DNA from: an uncultured archaeon
GTDB lineage: Archaea > Asgardarchaeota > Thorarchaeia > Thorarchaeales > Thorarchaeaceae
Length of the DNA: 32,000 nt
Reading direction: 5' to 3'
Assembly (NCBI GenBank): GCA_964354495.1
Contig: CAYHAA010000001.1
Location: forward strand, 517,049 to 549,048
Shown in pieces: positions 16,009 to 25,609 of the stretch (its first letter is position 1; each line of letters opens with the position of its first letter). Under the pieces are notes generated by a model. It saw nothing but the letters and a program-made list of their open reading frames with translations, made no database searches and had not been told where the DNA came from. The translations under genes and the position numbers were made by a program.

Positions 16009-16751
16009 TATTTAGTGATTAGAGGAACTAGCTCAGTCGCTCTCCCCGTCAGAATAATGTCTGCAATGCCTTCTCTATTCAAGCCCCTCAAATTGACAAG
16101 AATCACTTTCGCTCCTGATTTCTTGGCGATCCGTGGAAGAATTGCAGCGGGGTATATTGAGAGGCTTGTTCCAATTACCAGCATCAGGTCTGCATTTCGA
16201 CAGAGAGCTACAGCGTTTTCCATCGGGATTTCTGGGAGAGGCTCTCCGAAGAGGATTGCCTCCGACTTGAGAACACCTCCGCATTTATCACACTTAGGCG
16301 GTATCTCACCTTTGGCTACTCTCTGATGTACCTTCTTCCCTACATACTCTGCCTTGCATCGAGTACAGTATGTCCTGAGATAGTTGCCATGTAGTTCAAT
16401 GACTTTCTTGTTTCCAGCAAGTTGATGCAGGTTGTCAATATTCTGAGTAATTATGCCCTGGAGTTTTCCATCTGCTTCTAGCTTGGCAAGAGCCCGATGC
16501 GCGGCATTAGGAACCGCCTTAATGATGGTCGCTGCTAATTCACGCCCCATTGTCCAGAACCTAGTAGGGTCTCTCTTGAAACTGTCCAAGGTGGCGTATT
16601 CATGAGGATCGTATCTTTTCCAGAGACCTCCCTCAGATCTGAAATCTGGGATTCCCGAATCCACACTTATTCCTGCTCCAGTGAGAGCAGAGATTCTATT
16701 GGATTTGGAGATGAGTTCCTTTGCCCTCTCGATATCGATATTGATAGTCAT
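16005..16751 (-). CDS. cobB: NAD-dependent protein deacylase, Sir2 family
   Basis: GAGISVDSGIPDFR, ITQNIDNLH and ELHG motifs, Zn ribbon CTRC...CDKC, FGE and GTSL. Start placed at ATG 16751 with a GGTGA RBS. Confidence 0.93.
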   Translation of the reverse strand: MTINIDIERAKELISKSNRISALTGAGISVDSGIPDFRSEGGLWKRYDPHEYATLDSFKRDPTRFWTMGRELAATIIKAVPNAAHRALAKLEADGKLQGIITQNIDNLHQLAGNKKVIELHGNYLRTYCTRCKAEYVGKKVHQRVAKGEIPPKCDKCGGVLKSEAILFGEPLPEIPMENAVALCRNADLMLVIGTSLSIYPAAILPRIAKKSGAKVILVNLRGLNREGIADIILTGRATELVPLITKY

Positions 16752-16982
16752 TTCACCTAACACATGTTCATTCCAACTAGAAGAGGTTTTCAATCTTTGG
16801 CTACTTATCTTCATTGTCCTTCCGCTGTCGAAAGGTTTTTCTTTGCTTGGCCAAGGTGTGACGTGAGTCATCAAGGGGAACAGTGGACAAGGAGCCAGTC
16901 CCCGACCGGCCTTAGTGTCGGTTTCCTTTCTATATAGTCCTGCTAGTCATCTTCACGCAAAAATAGGCAGAGTGGACTTAAC

Positions 16983-17597
16983 ATGTCTGAAAAAGAAAAT
17001 GAGAATCATGAGATGGAGATTGACATGTCTGATGACGGTCTTGACTCTGAAGAAATGATTGAAATCACACCTGAAAACCCTGATGTGAAGGATCTTGAGA
17101 GGGAACGACAGCGTTCAAGGGATCTGTTTGACAGACTCCAGAGGCTCCAAGCTGAGTTTGATAACTACAGAAAGCGAATGGACGCGCGGTTTTCAGAAGC
17201 AACAAAATTTGTCAGCGAAGGCATACTCCTCAAGATGCTGGATGTCTACGACAATTTGCTTCGTGCTCTTGAGATTGACTTTGGCAAGAACACAAAGAGT
17301 GCTGAGGACGGCATCAAGGCAATACGACAGCAGATGGAGAAGATACTCACCGCCGAAGATGTTAGACCAATCAAGTCAGTTGGTCTGCCCTTCGACCCCT
17401 ACTATCAACATTCTGTTGGCATCCATCAGGACCCGAAGGTACCCGATGGAATTGTTGCTGAAGAATATCAAGTTGGGTATATGTTAAAAGAGAAGGTGTT
17501 ACGACCGGCTATAGTATGCGTGAATAGACACAGAGTTCCTGACAATGATGCGACTAAGAGTAAGAGTGAGAAGACACACAAGGATAGTGAAGTATAA
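16983..17597 (+). CDS. grpE: Nucleotide exchange factor GrpE
   Basis: [19 protein letters not shown] and [17 protein letters not shown] motifs; directly upstream of dnaK. Confidence 0.95.
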   Translation: MSEKENENHEMEIDMSDDGLDSEEMIEITPENPDVKDLERERQRSRDLFDRLQRLQAEFDNYRKRMDARFSEATKFVSEGILLKMLDVYDNLLRALEIDFGKNTKSAEDGIKAIRQQMEKILTAEDVRPIKSVGLPFDPYYQHSVGIHQDPKVPDGIVAEEYQVGYMLKEKVLRPAIVCVNRHRVPDNDATKSKSEKTHKDSEV

Positions 17598-19486
17598 TGG
17601 CGAAGGTTGTAGGTATCGATCTTGGAACAACATATAGTGGCATTGCATATATGCTGGCTGGAAAGCCAACTATGATTCCAAATGCTGAAGGACAGCGAAT
17701 TACCCCGTCCGTTGTTGGAATCACACCCAAGGGTGAAGTTGTTGTTGGCGAGCTTGCAAAGCGACAAGCTGTGTCAATGCCTGAAAGAACAGTGCGTTCA
17801 ATCAAACGCAAGATGGGACAAGACTACAAAGTCAAGATAGGTGACAAGGATTATGCTCCTCAGGAAATCTCGGCCATGATTCTTACCAAGTTGAAGCGTG
17901 ATGCTGAGGCATTCCTGGGTGAACCAATCAAACAGGCTGTGATTACAGTTCCTGCCTATTTCAATGACAGTCAGCGACAGGCAACAAAAGATGCTGGAAA
18001 GATTGCTGGCCTGGAGGTCTTGCGTATCGTGAATGAGCCAACAGCGTCGGCACTTGCCTATGGTCTGGATAGGAAGGAGGAGGTCAAGATTCTTGTCTAT
18101 GATCTCGGGGGTGGTACTTTTGATGTGTCAATTCTCGATATTGGTGAGGATGTCTATGAGGTTCTTGCAACCAGCGGAAATACGCAGCTCGGTGGAGATG
18201 ATTGGGATAAACGAATCATTGATTGGGTTGTTAGAGAGTTCAGGAAGTCGACAGGAATGGATGTAACAAAAGATCTCTCTGCAATGCAGCGTATCCGTGA
18301 TGCATCTGAACAGGCTAAGATTGAACTCTCTACAGTCCTGAAGACAACAATCAACCTGCCCTACATCACAGCAGACCAAAGTGGTCCGAAACATATCAAC
18401 CTTGAACTCACCCGTTCTCAATTGGAGAAGATGACCGACGATCTAGTTCAAGCGACAATGGGCCCTATTAGGCAAGCTCTCAGCGATGCGAAGTTGGAGC
18501 CCGAGCGCCTCGACAAGATTCTGCTTGTCGGTGGTGCAACAAGAATGCCGATGATTCAGAATTCTGTTAGAGCGATGTTCGGAAAGGAAGGTGACAAGAG
18601 TATCAATCCTGATGAGGTCGTTGCTCTCGGAGCCGCTGCTCAAGCAGGAGTTCTTACTGGTGAAACCAAGGAGGTCGTGCTTCTTGATGTCACTTCTCTG
18701 ACACTCGGTATCGAGACTCTGGGAGGCATATCGACTCCACTGATTGAACGCAATACAACAATTCCGATTTCCAAGAGCAAGATCTTCTCAACAGCGGCTG
18801 ACCATCAGACAGCCGTCGACATCCATGTGACTCAGGGTGAGCGCAAGATGGCTGGTGATAATATGACTCTCGGCCGATTCCAGCTTGTGGGAATTCCACC
18901 AGCGCCTCGCGGCGTGCCAAAGATAGAAGTGTCCTTCGACATCGATGCTAACGGCATCGTCAATGTAAAGGCAAAGGACCTTGCCACAGGCAACGAGCAG
19001 TCCATAACTATCACAGCAAGCACCAATCTGTCAGACGCAGATGTGAAGAGAATGGTTAAGGACGCAGAGAAGAATGCTGAGGAGGACGCAAAGCGATTCG
19101 CTCAGATTGAAACCAGGAACAATGCTGACCAGATGATATACCAAGGAGAAAAACTTGTCAAGGACATGGGTGACAAAGTTCCAGCTGATCTCAAGAAGGA
19201 ACTAGAAGCCAAGTCTGAGGATGTCCGAAAGTCGATTGAAGCCAATGATTATGAAAAGATGAAGTCCGGGACTGACGAACTTCAGCAGATAATCTTCAAG
19301 ATATCGGAGAAGGTCTATGGTTCTGCAGGCCCTGGAGCTCAAGCTGGCGGAGCTGGCTTTGATCCCTCGAAAATGGGCGGTTTCGATTCTTCTAAGAGGA
19401 GTGGCACAAAGAGCAAGAAAGGACCAAAGCCTGACGATTCCTCTGACGAGGATGTAGTTGACGTGGACTTTGAAGATCTAGATTAG
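17597..19486 (+). CDS. dnaK: Chaperone DnaK (Hsp70)
   Basis: [48 protein letters not shown] and [15 protein letters not shown] motifs. Confidence 0.99.
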   Translation: MAKVVGIDLGTTYSGIAYMLAGKPTMIPNAEGQRITPSVVGITPKGEVVVGELAKRQAVSMPERTVRSIKRKMGQDYKVKIGDKDYAPQEISAMILTKLKRDAEAFLGEPIKQAVITVPAYFNDSQRQATKDAGKIAGLEVLRIVNEPTASALAYGLDRKEEVKILVYDLGGGTFDVSILDIGEDVYEVLATSGNTQLGGDDWDKRIIDWVVREFRKSTGMDVTKDLSAMQRIRDASEQAKIELSTVLKTTINLPYITADQSGPKHINLELTRSQLEKMTDDLVQATMGPIRQALSDAKLEPERLDKILLVGGATRMPMIQNSVRAMFGKEGDKSINPDEVVALGAAAQAGVLTGETKEVVLLDVTSLTLGIETLGGISTPLIERNTTIPISKSKIFSTAADHQTAVDIHVTQGERKMAGDNMTLGRFQLVGIPPAPRGVPKIEVSFDIDANGIVNVKAKDLATGNEQSITITASTNLSDADVKRMVKDAEKNAEEDAKRFAQIETRNNADQMIYQGEKLVKDMGDKVPADLKKELEAKSEDVRKSIEANDYEKMKSGTDELQQIIFKISEKVYGSAGPGAQAGGAGFDPSKMGGFDSSKRSGTKSKKGPKPDDSSDEDVVDVDFEDLD

Positions 19487-19509
19487 TCCTTCATAGTGAG
19501 GTGAGCTTC

Positions 19510-20547
19510 TTGGCTGAGGATGATTACTATGATATGCTTGGCGTTGGAAGGAATGCAACCCAAGATGAAATCAAGAAAGCATATCGAACGCTTGCCAAGA
19601 AGTATCATCCTGATCGTAACCCCAATGACAAAGCAGCGGAGTCGAAACTGAAAGCTATCAACGAGGCTTACAGTGTCCTTGGAGATCCTGAGAAGCGCAC
19701 TAAATACGACCGGTGGGGAACAGCAGATGAGCAAGGTATTGACATGGACAACTTTGGTGACATGTTCAGCTCAATCTTCCGCGGGTTTGGTGGTTTTGGT
19801 GGGTTCGGAGGCCGAGGTGGACCTTCGGGACCCGAGCCGGGGCAGACACTTCGGATTTCAATCGATCTTACCTTTGATGAAGCCTTCTTTGGCATTGAGA
19901 AGGAAATTGCATTCAACAGGAAGATACATTGTGAGACCTGCAAGGGATCGGGAGCCGCGAAAGGTAGTGCAGCCAAGACCTGTCCAACGTGTCGTGGTCA
20001 AGGCCAAATCGCTCGGTCGATGGGATTCCTGAGCGTCGCCCAGACATGTCCTACATGTGGTGGAATTGGCGAGACTGTTGATACGCCTTGCCCTGATTGT
20101 AGAGGTCAGGGTCTTCGGAGTGAGCGCCGGAAGACTACGCTGCCAGTTCCTCCCGGCGTTGAAGATGGGCAGGGTATAAGAATTCCAGGCGGCGGAAATG
20201 CAGGTGCTCGAAGAGGACCCTATGGCGATCTCATTGTCATGTTCAGTGTTGCGCCTCATGAGAAATTTGTTCGACGAGGGCTACACGTCTACATGGAGCA
20301 CGAGATACCATTCTCTCTTGCAGTGCTGGGTGGTGAAGTAGAGGTACCCACGATGAGGGGACTGAGTAAGATGAAAGTCTCCCCGGGCACTGAGGGTGGA
20401 ACATTGTTCCGAATGAAGGACAAGGGCGTTCATGCGGAAGATGGTCGTCGAGGTGACCAGCTCGTCCGAGTCAAGATTCAGATTCCTCGGAAGCTCTCGA
20501 AGGAACAGAAGGAGTATCTCAGCAGGTTCTCAGAGGTCTTTGATTAG
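19510..20547 (+). CDS. dnaJ: Chaperone DnaJ (class A)
   Basis: J-domain with HPD, G/F-rich region and four CxxCxGxG repeats. Start is TTG 19510 (GAGGTGA upstream) or GTG 19501. Confidence 0.97.
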   Translation: MAEDDYYDMLGVGRNATQDEIKKAYRTLAKKYHPDRNPNDKAAESKLKAINEAYSVLGDPEKRTKYDRWGTADEQGIDMDNFGDMFSSIFRGFGGFGGFGGRGGPSGPEPGQTLRISIDLTFDEAFFGIEKEIAFNRKIHCETCKGSGAAKGSAAKTCPTCRGQGQIARSMGFLSVAQTCPTCGGIGETVDTPCPDCRGQGLRSERRKTTLPVPPGVEDGQGIRIPGGGNAGARRGPYGDLIVMFSVAPHEKFVRRGLHVYMEHEIPFSLAVLGGEVEVPTMRGLSKMKVSPGTEGGTLFRMKDKGVHAEDGRRGDQLVRVKIQIPRKLSKEQKEYLSRFSEVFD

Positions 20548-21113
20548 AACTTCAGAGGCTTGCAGAGGCAGGCCTTCATTCTGAGTTTGGGAAACGCATG
20601 AGTGTTTGCTGGTTGTACGATCCATGCGGTATCTGCCCCTTTTCCTGTTCCAGCGATGCACACCACATCACGGTCTGTGGGAATGAGTCCAGCATCTGCG
20701 GCCATCATTGCAATCTCAGCGCAGACCTTTGTTCCCTGACCAAACGTGCGAAATGCTACTGCGATAATCTCGGTGGGCTGCCACCCCCCCAGTTCCACTC
20801 TGATTCCTCTGGCAACCCCTGCAAATGCGTGAGTTGCTGTGAGAATACGTGCTCCTTCATTGATGATTCTCTCTCGCTGGTCATCCTTCAATTCATTCTC
20901 ATTCGGAGCAGCGAAGCCTGCTTGGTGTGACACAACAATGACAGTCTTGTTTTTGAACCTCTGCGCTGCCTCTAGCCCCGTTGCTCCTCCGGTCGATGCC
21001 ACAACGATGTGCTCAACAGATAGATTGTCCATGAGGAATTCATTCACGACTGAGAGGACTTTCTGTGTGTTTGCCTGCGATAGCTCATCAAAATAGTAGG
21101 TCTGGACTCTCAT
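20544..21113 (-). CDS. Pyruvate kinase alpha/beta (PK_C-like) domain protein, uncharacterised archaeal family
   Basis: YFDE..x[32 protein letters not shown] and GTGKGADTA motifs. Confidence 0.85.
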   Translation of the reverse strand: MRVQTYYFDELSQANTQKVLSVVNEFLMDNLSVEHIVVASTGGATGLEAAQRFKNKTVIVVSHQAGFAAPNENELKDDQRERIINEGARILTATHAFAGVARGIRVELGGWQPTEIIAVAFRTFGQGTKVCAEIAMMAADAGLIPTDRDVVCIAGTGKGADTAWIVQPANTHAFPKLRMKACLCKPLKF

Positions 21114-21152
21114 GATACTATTGGTGCACCTGCCTCTACTTGAGGCTTCCTT

Positions 21153-21599
21153 CTAGGGTTTTCCAATCTGCCTGGCTCGTACAAACCACTCGATGACCGC
21201 GAACACCATCAATACAACAACTGCAAGAGAGAAATCGACTGCTCCATCTGTGATAGTTGAGACGATCCATGCTGCTAGGACGACAACAATAAGAGCTGCT
21301 ACCAAACGAATCGCATAATACCGGATTCGACCAGAATTGCCTGCTTGCTCAGGTTCGTGGACCTGCTCGATTGCATATTCTTCAGCTATTTCCTCGGGTG
21401 TGCCAACGTCATCAAGGACCTCTTGAATCAGACTAGACTGGCTTTCATCTGGATTGCTCCTAATCTTGTTGTTCAATGCCTCGTAAATATGAGATCGGAG
21501 ATCTGCCATCAGATCTTCAGCGGCAAAGTTGTCAGGAAGAAGACGGGACGTCTTCTTGATGAAATCCTCAATCATTCTCTCAGTTTCGCCACTAATCAT
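21153..21599 (-). CDS. HAAS-domain membrane protein (PadR partner)
   Basis: DLRSHIYE...VLDDVGTPEEIAEEY signature followed by two TM helices; overlaps the end of padR. Confidence 0.85.
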   Translation of the reverse strand: MISGETERMIEDFIKKTSRLLPDNFAAEDLMADLRSHIYEALNNKIRSNPDESQSSLIQEVLDDVGTPEEIAEEYAIEQVHEPEQAGNSGRIRYYAIRLVAALIVVVLAAWIVSTITDGAVDFSLAVVVLMVFAVIEWFVRARQIGKP

Positions 21600-22020
21600 G
21601 TCCTAGAACCTCCAGTTTTCGAAAGATATCTCTGACAAGCACGGTCAGTTGTCTATAGACTCGGTCTCCCTCTCCGGTCAGGACGTACACCTTTCTGCTC
21701 GGCCCTGAATCAGACTTCTCATCGTACACATTGAGGAGCCGCTCCTTGCGAAGTCTATGGAGAATAGGATACAGGGTTCCTTCCTTTACTTGAAGCAGTC
21801 CGTCTGTCTTCTCCTGCAACTCACGGGCAATGCCATATCCATGAATCCCTGACTCGTGATTTTTCACAATTGCCAGGATCGCATATTGAAGGACACCTCT
21901 TCTGAATTCTACTCTCCATGTGTCCTCAAAGCTGGGTCCTCGTTGCAATGGATGCAGTCCTCTCAGATCCTGAGAACGTGTTTCTGTATATGCCTTAAGG
22001 TTGTCTATTTCAGACGACAT
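21592..22020 (-). CDS. PadR family transcriptional regulator
   Basis: HGYGIAREL, VKEGTLYPILHRL and GPSRKVYVLTGEG motifs. Start is ATG 22020 or 22029. Confidence 0.93.
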   Translation of the reverse strand: MSSEIDNLKAYTETRSQDLRGLHPLQRGPSFEDTWRVEFRRGVLQYAILAIVKNHESGIHGYGIARELQEKTDGLLQVKEGTLYPILHRLRKERLLNVYDEKSDSGPSRKVYVLTGEGDRVYRQLTVLVRDIFRKLEVLGHD

Positions 22021-23401
22021 TCGTGTCATGGCGTCTCACATGGATAAGAGCCCTAAACTCCCTCCAGAGCGTCGAGGAGTACTGCCTTGGCTCTCTTATC
22101 AGTAAGTAGAAGAATGAGGCGACGAACCTTAGAACACAGCTTAGCATGAGCATTATGAATACTGTCTGCCTAGAATCGTGGATAATGAGCAGGATTGACT
22201 GTCCGAGAAGACCTGCAAGAAATGATCCCAGGAGGTATACGATGCCAGTGAATGTATTGAATACTGCAATGTGTGCGCCCCTCTCTGAGGCTGGAGCGAC
22301 GTCATAAAGGTATGCAGTGATGGCATTGAATGCTGAGGCAGTGCAGAATCCTGCAACCACATTGGCGATGTAAACGATCCAGACATTCCATGCTAGGGCA
22401 TACAGAACTGGGACTACAAATAGGAGTCCACGACCCACCAGTATCAAGGGTTTTCTGCCAATTCTGTCGCTTAGCCTACCGAAGGGCACAGTGAATATGA
22501 CTGTTGAGGCCGTCATAATGGCTGAAGCGAGGGCAATCTCCAATATTGAATTCTGCAGCCAGTCTCGTTGGACAATGATGAAATACGGCCATGCCATGGA
22601 CATCGCAAATGAGAAGAAGACAGCAACAAAACAGAAACGACGGAAATCCCCTGGCCTTGAAAGTAGCTTGAATATTGGAGGGAATCGTTTTGGTCCGTCA
22701 CGCTTTCGAGCTTTCTCACGAATTCCTAGAGAGAGTACTGATGTTGAGATTCCAATGACAGCTGTGAGAAAGAACGGAATGTAGTATGCTTCCCGCCAAG
22801 CATCTACGGATGGAAACAGGACAGTGCCTATGCAGCCAAATGATGACCTCAAGAAGGAAAGGATGCCGGGCATACCGGCAAGGAATCCGGAAACTAGGGT
22901 AGCGAGAAGCGAGGCAATATTTGTTATCAGTCCTAATTTTCCTAGTTCGTCTCCTCTGTTTTTCTCGCCCATGAGACACCCGATTAGTGATAACCAGGTT
23001 GGAATCTGAACACTAAACAGAATGGACTGAATCGCATACATGATTATCATGTCAAGTGGAGTTGCTGCCCACAGGAATAGGTAAACGCATGCAAGCCCCG
23101 ACATTATTCCAAATGCAACGAATGCTTTTGCGTGTCCGGCTCTGTCTGATGCTGCCCCCCATGCTGGTTGTAGAATAGTAGGCGCGAAATCTCCCACACT
23201 CCTGAATATGCCAAGCTGTGCGAAATTCAGTTCGCCATACAGGTTTGTCTGCATATCAACAAGATATGTCTGCAGGAAAGGTGCATGAAGACCTAGAGCA
23301 AATTGAGTCAGGGCTCCCACAGCGATCGCTCTCGTGGGGAGCTTTTGTTCCTCAATTGCTTCACAGGTTTCTTCGGTCAAAGGATGTTCTCCTTGAAACA
23401 C
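22010..23401 (-). CDS. MFS transporter
   Basis: About 12 hydrophobic segments and MFS motif A copies (WGAASDRAG, FGRLSDRIGRKPL). Confidence 0.93.
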   Translation of the reverse strand: MFQGEHPLTEETCEAIEEQKLPTRAIAVGALTQFALGLHAPFLQTYLVDMQTNLYGELNFAQLGIFRSVGDFAPTILQPAWGAASDRAGHAKAFVAFGIMSGLACVYLFLWAATPLDMIIMYAIQSILFSVQIPTWLSLIGCLMGEKNRGDELGKLGLITNIASLLATLVSGFLAGMPGILSFLRSSFGCIGTVLFPSVDAWREAYYIPFFLTAVIGISTSVLSLGIREKARKRDGPKRFPPIFKLLSRPGDFRRFCFVAVFFSFAMSMAWPYFIIVQRDWLQNSILEIALASAIMTASTVIFTVPFGRLSDRIGRKPLILVGRGLLFVVPVLYALAWNVWIVYIANVVAGFCTASAFNAITAYLYDVAPASERGAHIAVFNTFTGIVYLLGSFLAGLLGQSILLIIHDSRQTVFIMLMLSCVLRFVASFFYLLIREPRQYSSTLWREFRALIHVRRHDTNVV

Positions 23402-23508
23402 GTTGGCGCTCTGTCCCCCTATTAACTGTAATTCTGGTTTCCAATGCTTGAAACGTCAATAACCGTCAGACTATTATTGCATCAAGCTCAACTTCTGAGT
23501 GTTGAAAG

Positions 23509-24618
23509 ATGCTGGGAGAGTCAGTATATAGGTCGAGATTGGAACAAATCCAGAAGCAGTTGGACACAGCCGGTGCGGATTTTGCGCTTCTAACTCCCGC
23601 TCCTAGTTTTCAATACATAGCTGGATACACCTACAATATGAGAGAGCGTCTTGTGGCTCTTGTGATTCCGAGAGGTGCGGAACCTGAGCTCATTGTTCCA
23701 GCTTTTGAGGCATCTGATCACTCCTCGCACACTTGGGTCAAGGGAATAAGATCCTGGACGGAGGATGAAAATCCATACCTGATGATAGCAGATGCAGTTG
23801 GAAAAGGCGGCAATGACTTCACAGTCATGCTTGATGACAGTCTTCCTCTGGGTGTTTATTGGTCACTCGAAAAGGCCTTTGACGGCTTCAAGAAGGCAGT
23901 GTCGATTACACCTGCGATTGACGCTTTGCGAATCTCAAAATCCGAGGATGAGATTGCTTTGATGCGGAAGGCAGGCCACATCATTGACGAGGCCATGATG
24001 AAAGCCTTCAGAGATGCGCAGATTGGGATGACTGAGGTGCAGGTTGGTCAGATAGTGCAACAAGAAATTCTTCGGCAGGGTGCTGCTCCCAGTTTTGGTG
24101 CCATTCAATTTGGGAGGAATAGTGCACTACCTCACGCGGATTCGAGTATGAGAGAGCTGAAGCGAGGAGATGTTGTCCTGATGGACTGCGGCTGCTCAGT
24201 CGATGGATACAATACTGACATGACTCGTGTTGGAGTTGCAGGAAAGCCGTCACCTGAGATGGAGCTAGTCTACTCTGTTGTGCGGAAAGCCGAAGAAACT
24301 GCGATTGAGAGTATCTCTTCCAGAATGGTCTGTGGCATTGCAGATGGAATTGCTAGGCGTGTCATAGAGGCGGCAGGATACGGTGACTACTTCACTCATC
24401 GTCTAGGTCATGGCATTGGACTTGAAGTCCATGAACCCCCCTATCTTGTCCGCGGCAGTTCGGCAGAGCTTGGACCGGGAATGTGCCATAGCATCGAACC
24501 TGGTGTCTATTTCGAGGGCAAGTTCGGCATGCGAGTAGAAGACCTTGTCTGCATCCGACAAGATGGGCTTGAGGTCATAACCTATTCTCCAAAGGACTTG
24601 ATAATAATGGACCTCTGA
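23509..24618 (+). CDS. Xaa-Pro peptidase (M24B, prolidase/aminopeptidase P)
   Basis: Creatinase-like N-domain; metal ligands in MDCG, TDMTR, HGIGLEVHE, IEPG and RVED. Confidence 0.93.
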   Translation: MLGESVYRSRLEQIQKQLDTAGADFALLTPAPSFQYIAGYTYNMRERLVALVIPRGAEPELIVPAFEASDHSSHTWVKGIRSWTEDENPYLMIADAVGKGGNDFTVMLDDSLPLGVYWSLEKAFDGFKKAVSITPAIDALRISKSEDEIALMRKAGHIIDEAMMKAFRDAQIGMTEVQVGQIVQQEILRQGAAPSFGAIQFGRNSALPHADSSMRELKRGDVVLMDCGCSVDGYNTDMTRVGVAGKPSPEMELVYSVVRKAEETAIESISSRMVCGIADGIARRVIEAAGYGDYFTHRLGHGIGLEVHEPPYLVRGSSAELGPGMCHSIEPGVYFEGKFGMRVEDLVCIRQDGLEVITYSPKDLIIMDL

Positions 24619-24621
24619 TGA

Positions 24622-25242
24622 CTAGTCGTGGGCTTCGCTATCAGATGGAGACTCATCGTCCTCGGCATCCTGTGAAGTGCTTTCTTCAGTTACCTTCTCT
24701 TCTTCTTCTGAACGTTTCTTCATTGCTTCAGCAGATTGTCTAATGAGTTCAGTCATAATCACGGAGTAGACGGCTGGAAGTGCGGCATCTGTATCGGTCC
24801 TCTCTCTGAACTCCTGTTCAGCAAGTTCTCTCGCCTCTTGGAGAACCTGTTTGTTGATCTCTCCCTGCCCAACGCCAGGGCAGTCCTTGCTGCTTAGATA
24901 GTATTTTTCTCCATTATACTCAAGCGGATAGGTGCGGCATGAGATGGGTCTTGAGTATCTGACCTCGCAGCCATTGGCTTTCTCATTGAAGAAGATGCAA
25001 CATGTGCTTTCAGCCTCTCCCTCTAGGGGTTTTCGCGCTGTTTCCAAGGATATAGAATCTTCCTCACTCTCAGGCAATCTCAGTGATACGCCTGGTAGGA
25101 TACTCATGAGATAACCCTGCGTGTTCCATCTGCCCAGATCTCCTAGTGTGATATACACGTGGGATCGGATATGGCAGGCTCTTGTCGTACATTTCTGTTC
25201 GAGGCATTTGAAGTTGTACTTAGATTTCTCAGACATCTTCAT
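24622..25242 (-). CDS. YkgJ family Cys-cluster (putative Fe-S/Zn) protein
   Basis: N-terminal Cys cluster, then CCIFF...GC...RPISCRTYPL...CPG, and an acidic tail. Confidence 0.85.
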   Translation of the reverse strand: MKMSEKSKYNFKCLEQKCTTRACHIRSHVYITLGDLGRWNTQGYLMSILPGVSLRLPESEEDSISLETARKPLEGEAESTCCIFFNEKANGCEVRYSRPISCRTYPLEYNGEKYYLSSKDCPGVGQGEINKQVLQEARELAEQEFRERTDTDAALPAVYSVIMTELIRQSAEAMKKRSEEEEKVTEESTSQDAEDDESPSDSEAHD

Positions 25243-25409
25243 CACCGAAACTCAATATCCTGTTCTTGGCGTTATCATACAGACTTTAATGTTTTCGAAA
25301 TAGCTAAAGCATCTTCGACTCTTTCCTCTGTCGGCAGGTTTTTGTGCAGCCAGAAGGCGGGTGATGCTCGCTTCAAAGATAACATCTGTCTTGATTCGGA
25401 GTACTCAAA

Positions 25410-25607
25410 ATGGCTCAGAACTCTTACTACGACAATGATATCAAGCACGTCCTGATAGCGCTCGGTAGCTCTTCTGGGAATCTACCCAAGAAGGATGTCA
25501 AAGCCAGATTGGTTCAATACGGCCCGAAGGTCATGCGCTCCATGATTGCAGTCATGGCAGCGCAAGACGCACGAGCCAAGGCTTTGCGGAACAGCGGAGG
25601 CTACTGA
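25410..25607 (+). CDS. Small protein consisting of a stand-alone Cation_ATPase_N-like module
   Basis: Aligns without gaps to the N-terminus of the adjacent ATPase (VLxxLxSS..L.......RLxQYG; 12 of 34 identical). Stop is 2 nt before the ATPase start. Confidence 0.7.
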   Translation: MAQNSYYDNDIKHVLIALGSSSGNLPKKDVKARLVQYGPKVMRSMIAVMAAQDARAKALRNSGGY

Positions 25608-25609
25608 AG

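Noticed and set aside
16752-16874. 41-aa N-terminal extension of the sirtuin
   Set aside because: It is not Sir2-like, and ATG 16751 has a GGTGA RBS and matches family length.
16899-16921. CCGAC-N10-GTCGG inverted repeat upstream of grpE as a heat-shock operator
   Set aside because: The arms are only 5 bp and it does not resemble CIRCE; expected by chance.
17597-19486. DnaK as a eukaryote-type Hsp70 (BiP or cytosolic)
   Set aside because: It has no signal peptide or EEVD tail and sits in a grpE-dnaK-dnaJ operon, so it is the ordinary prokaryotic type.
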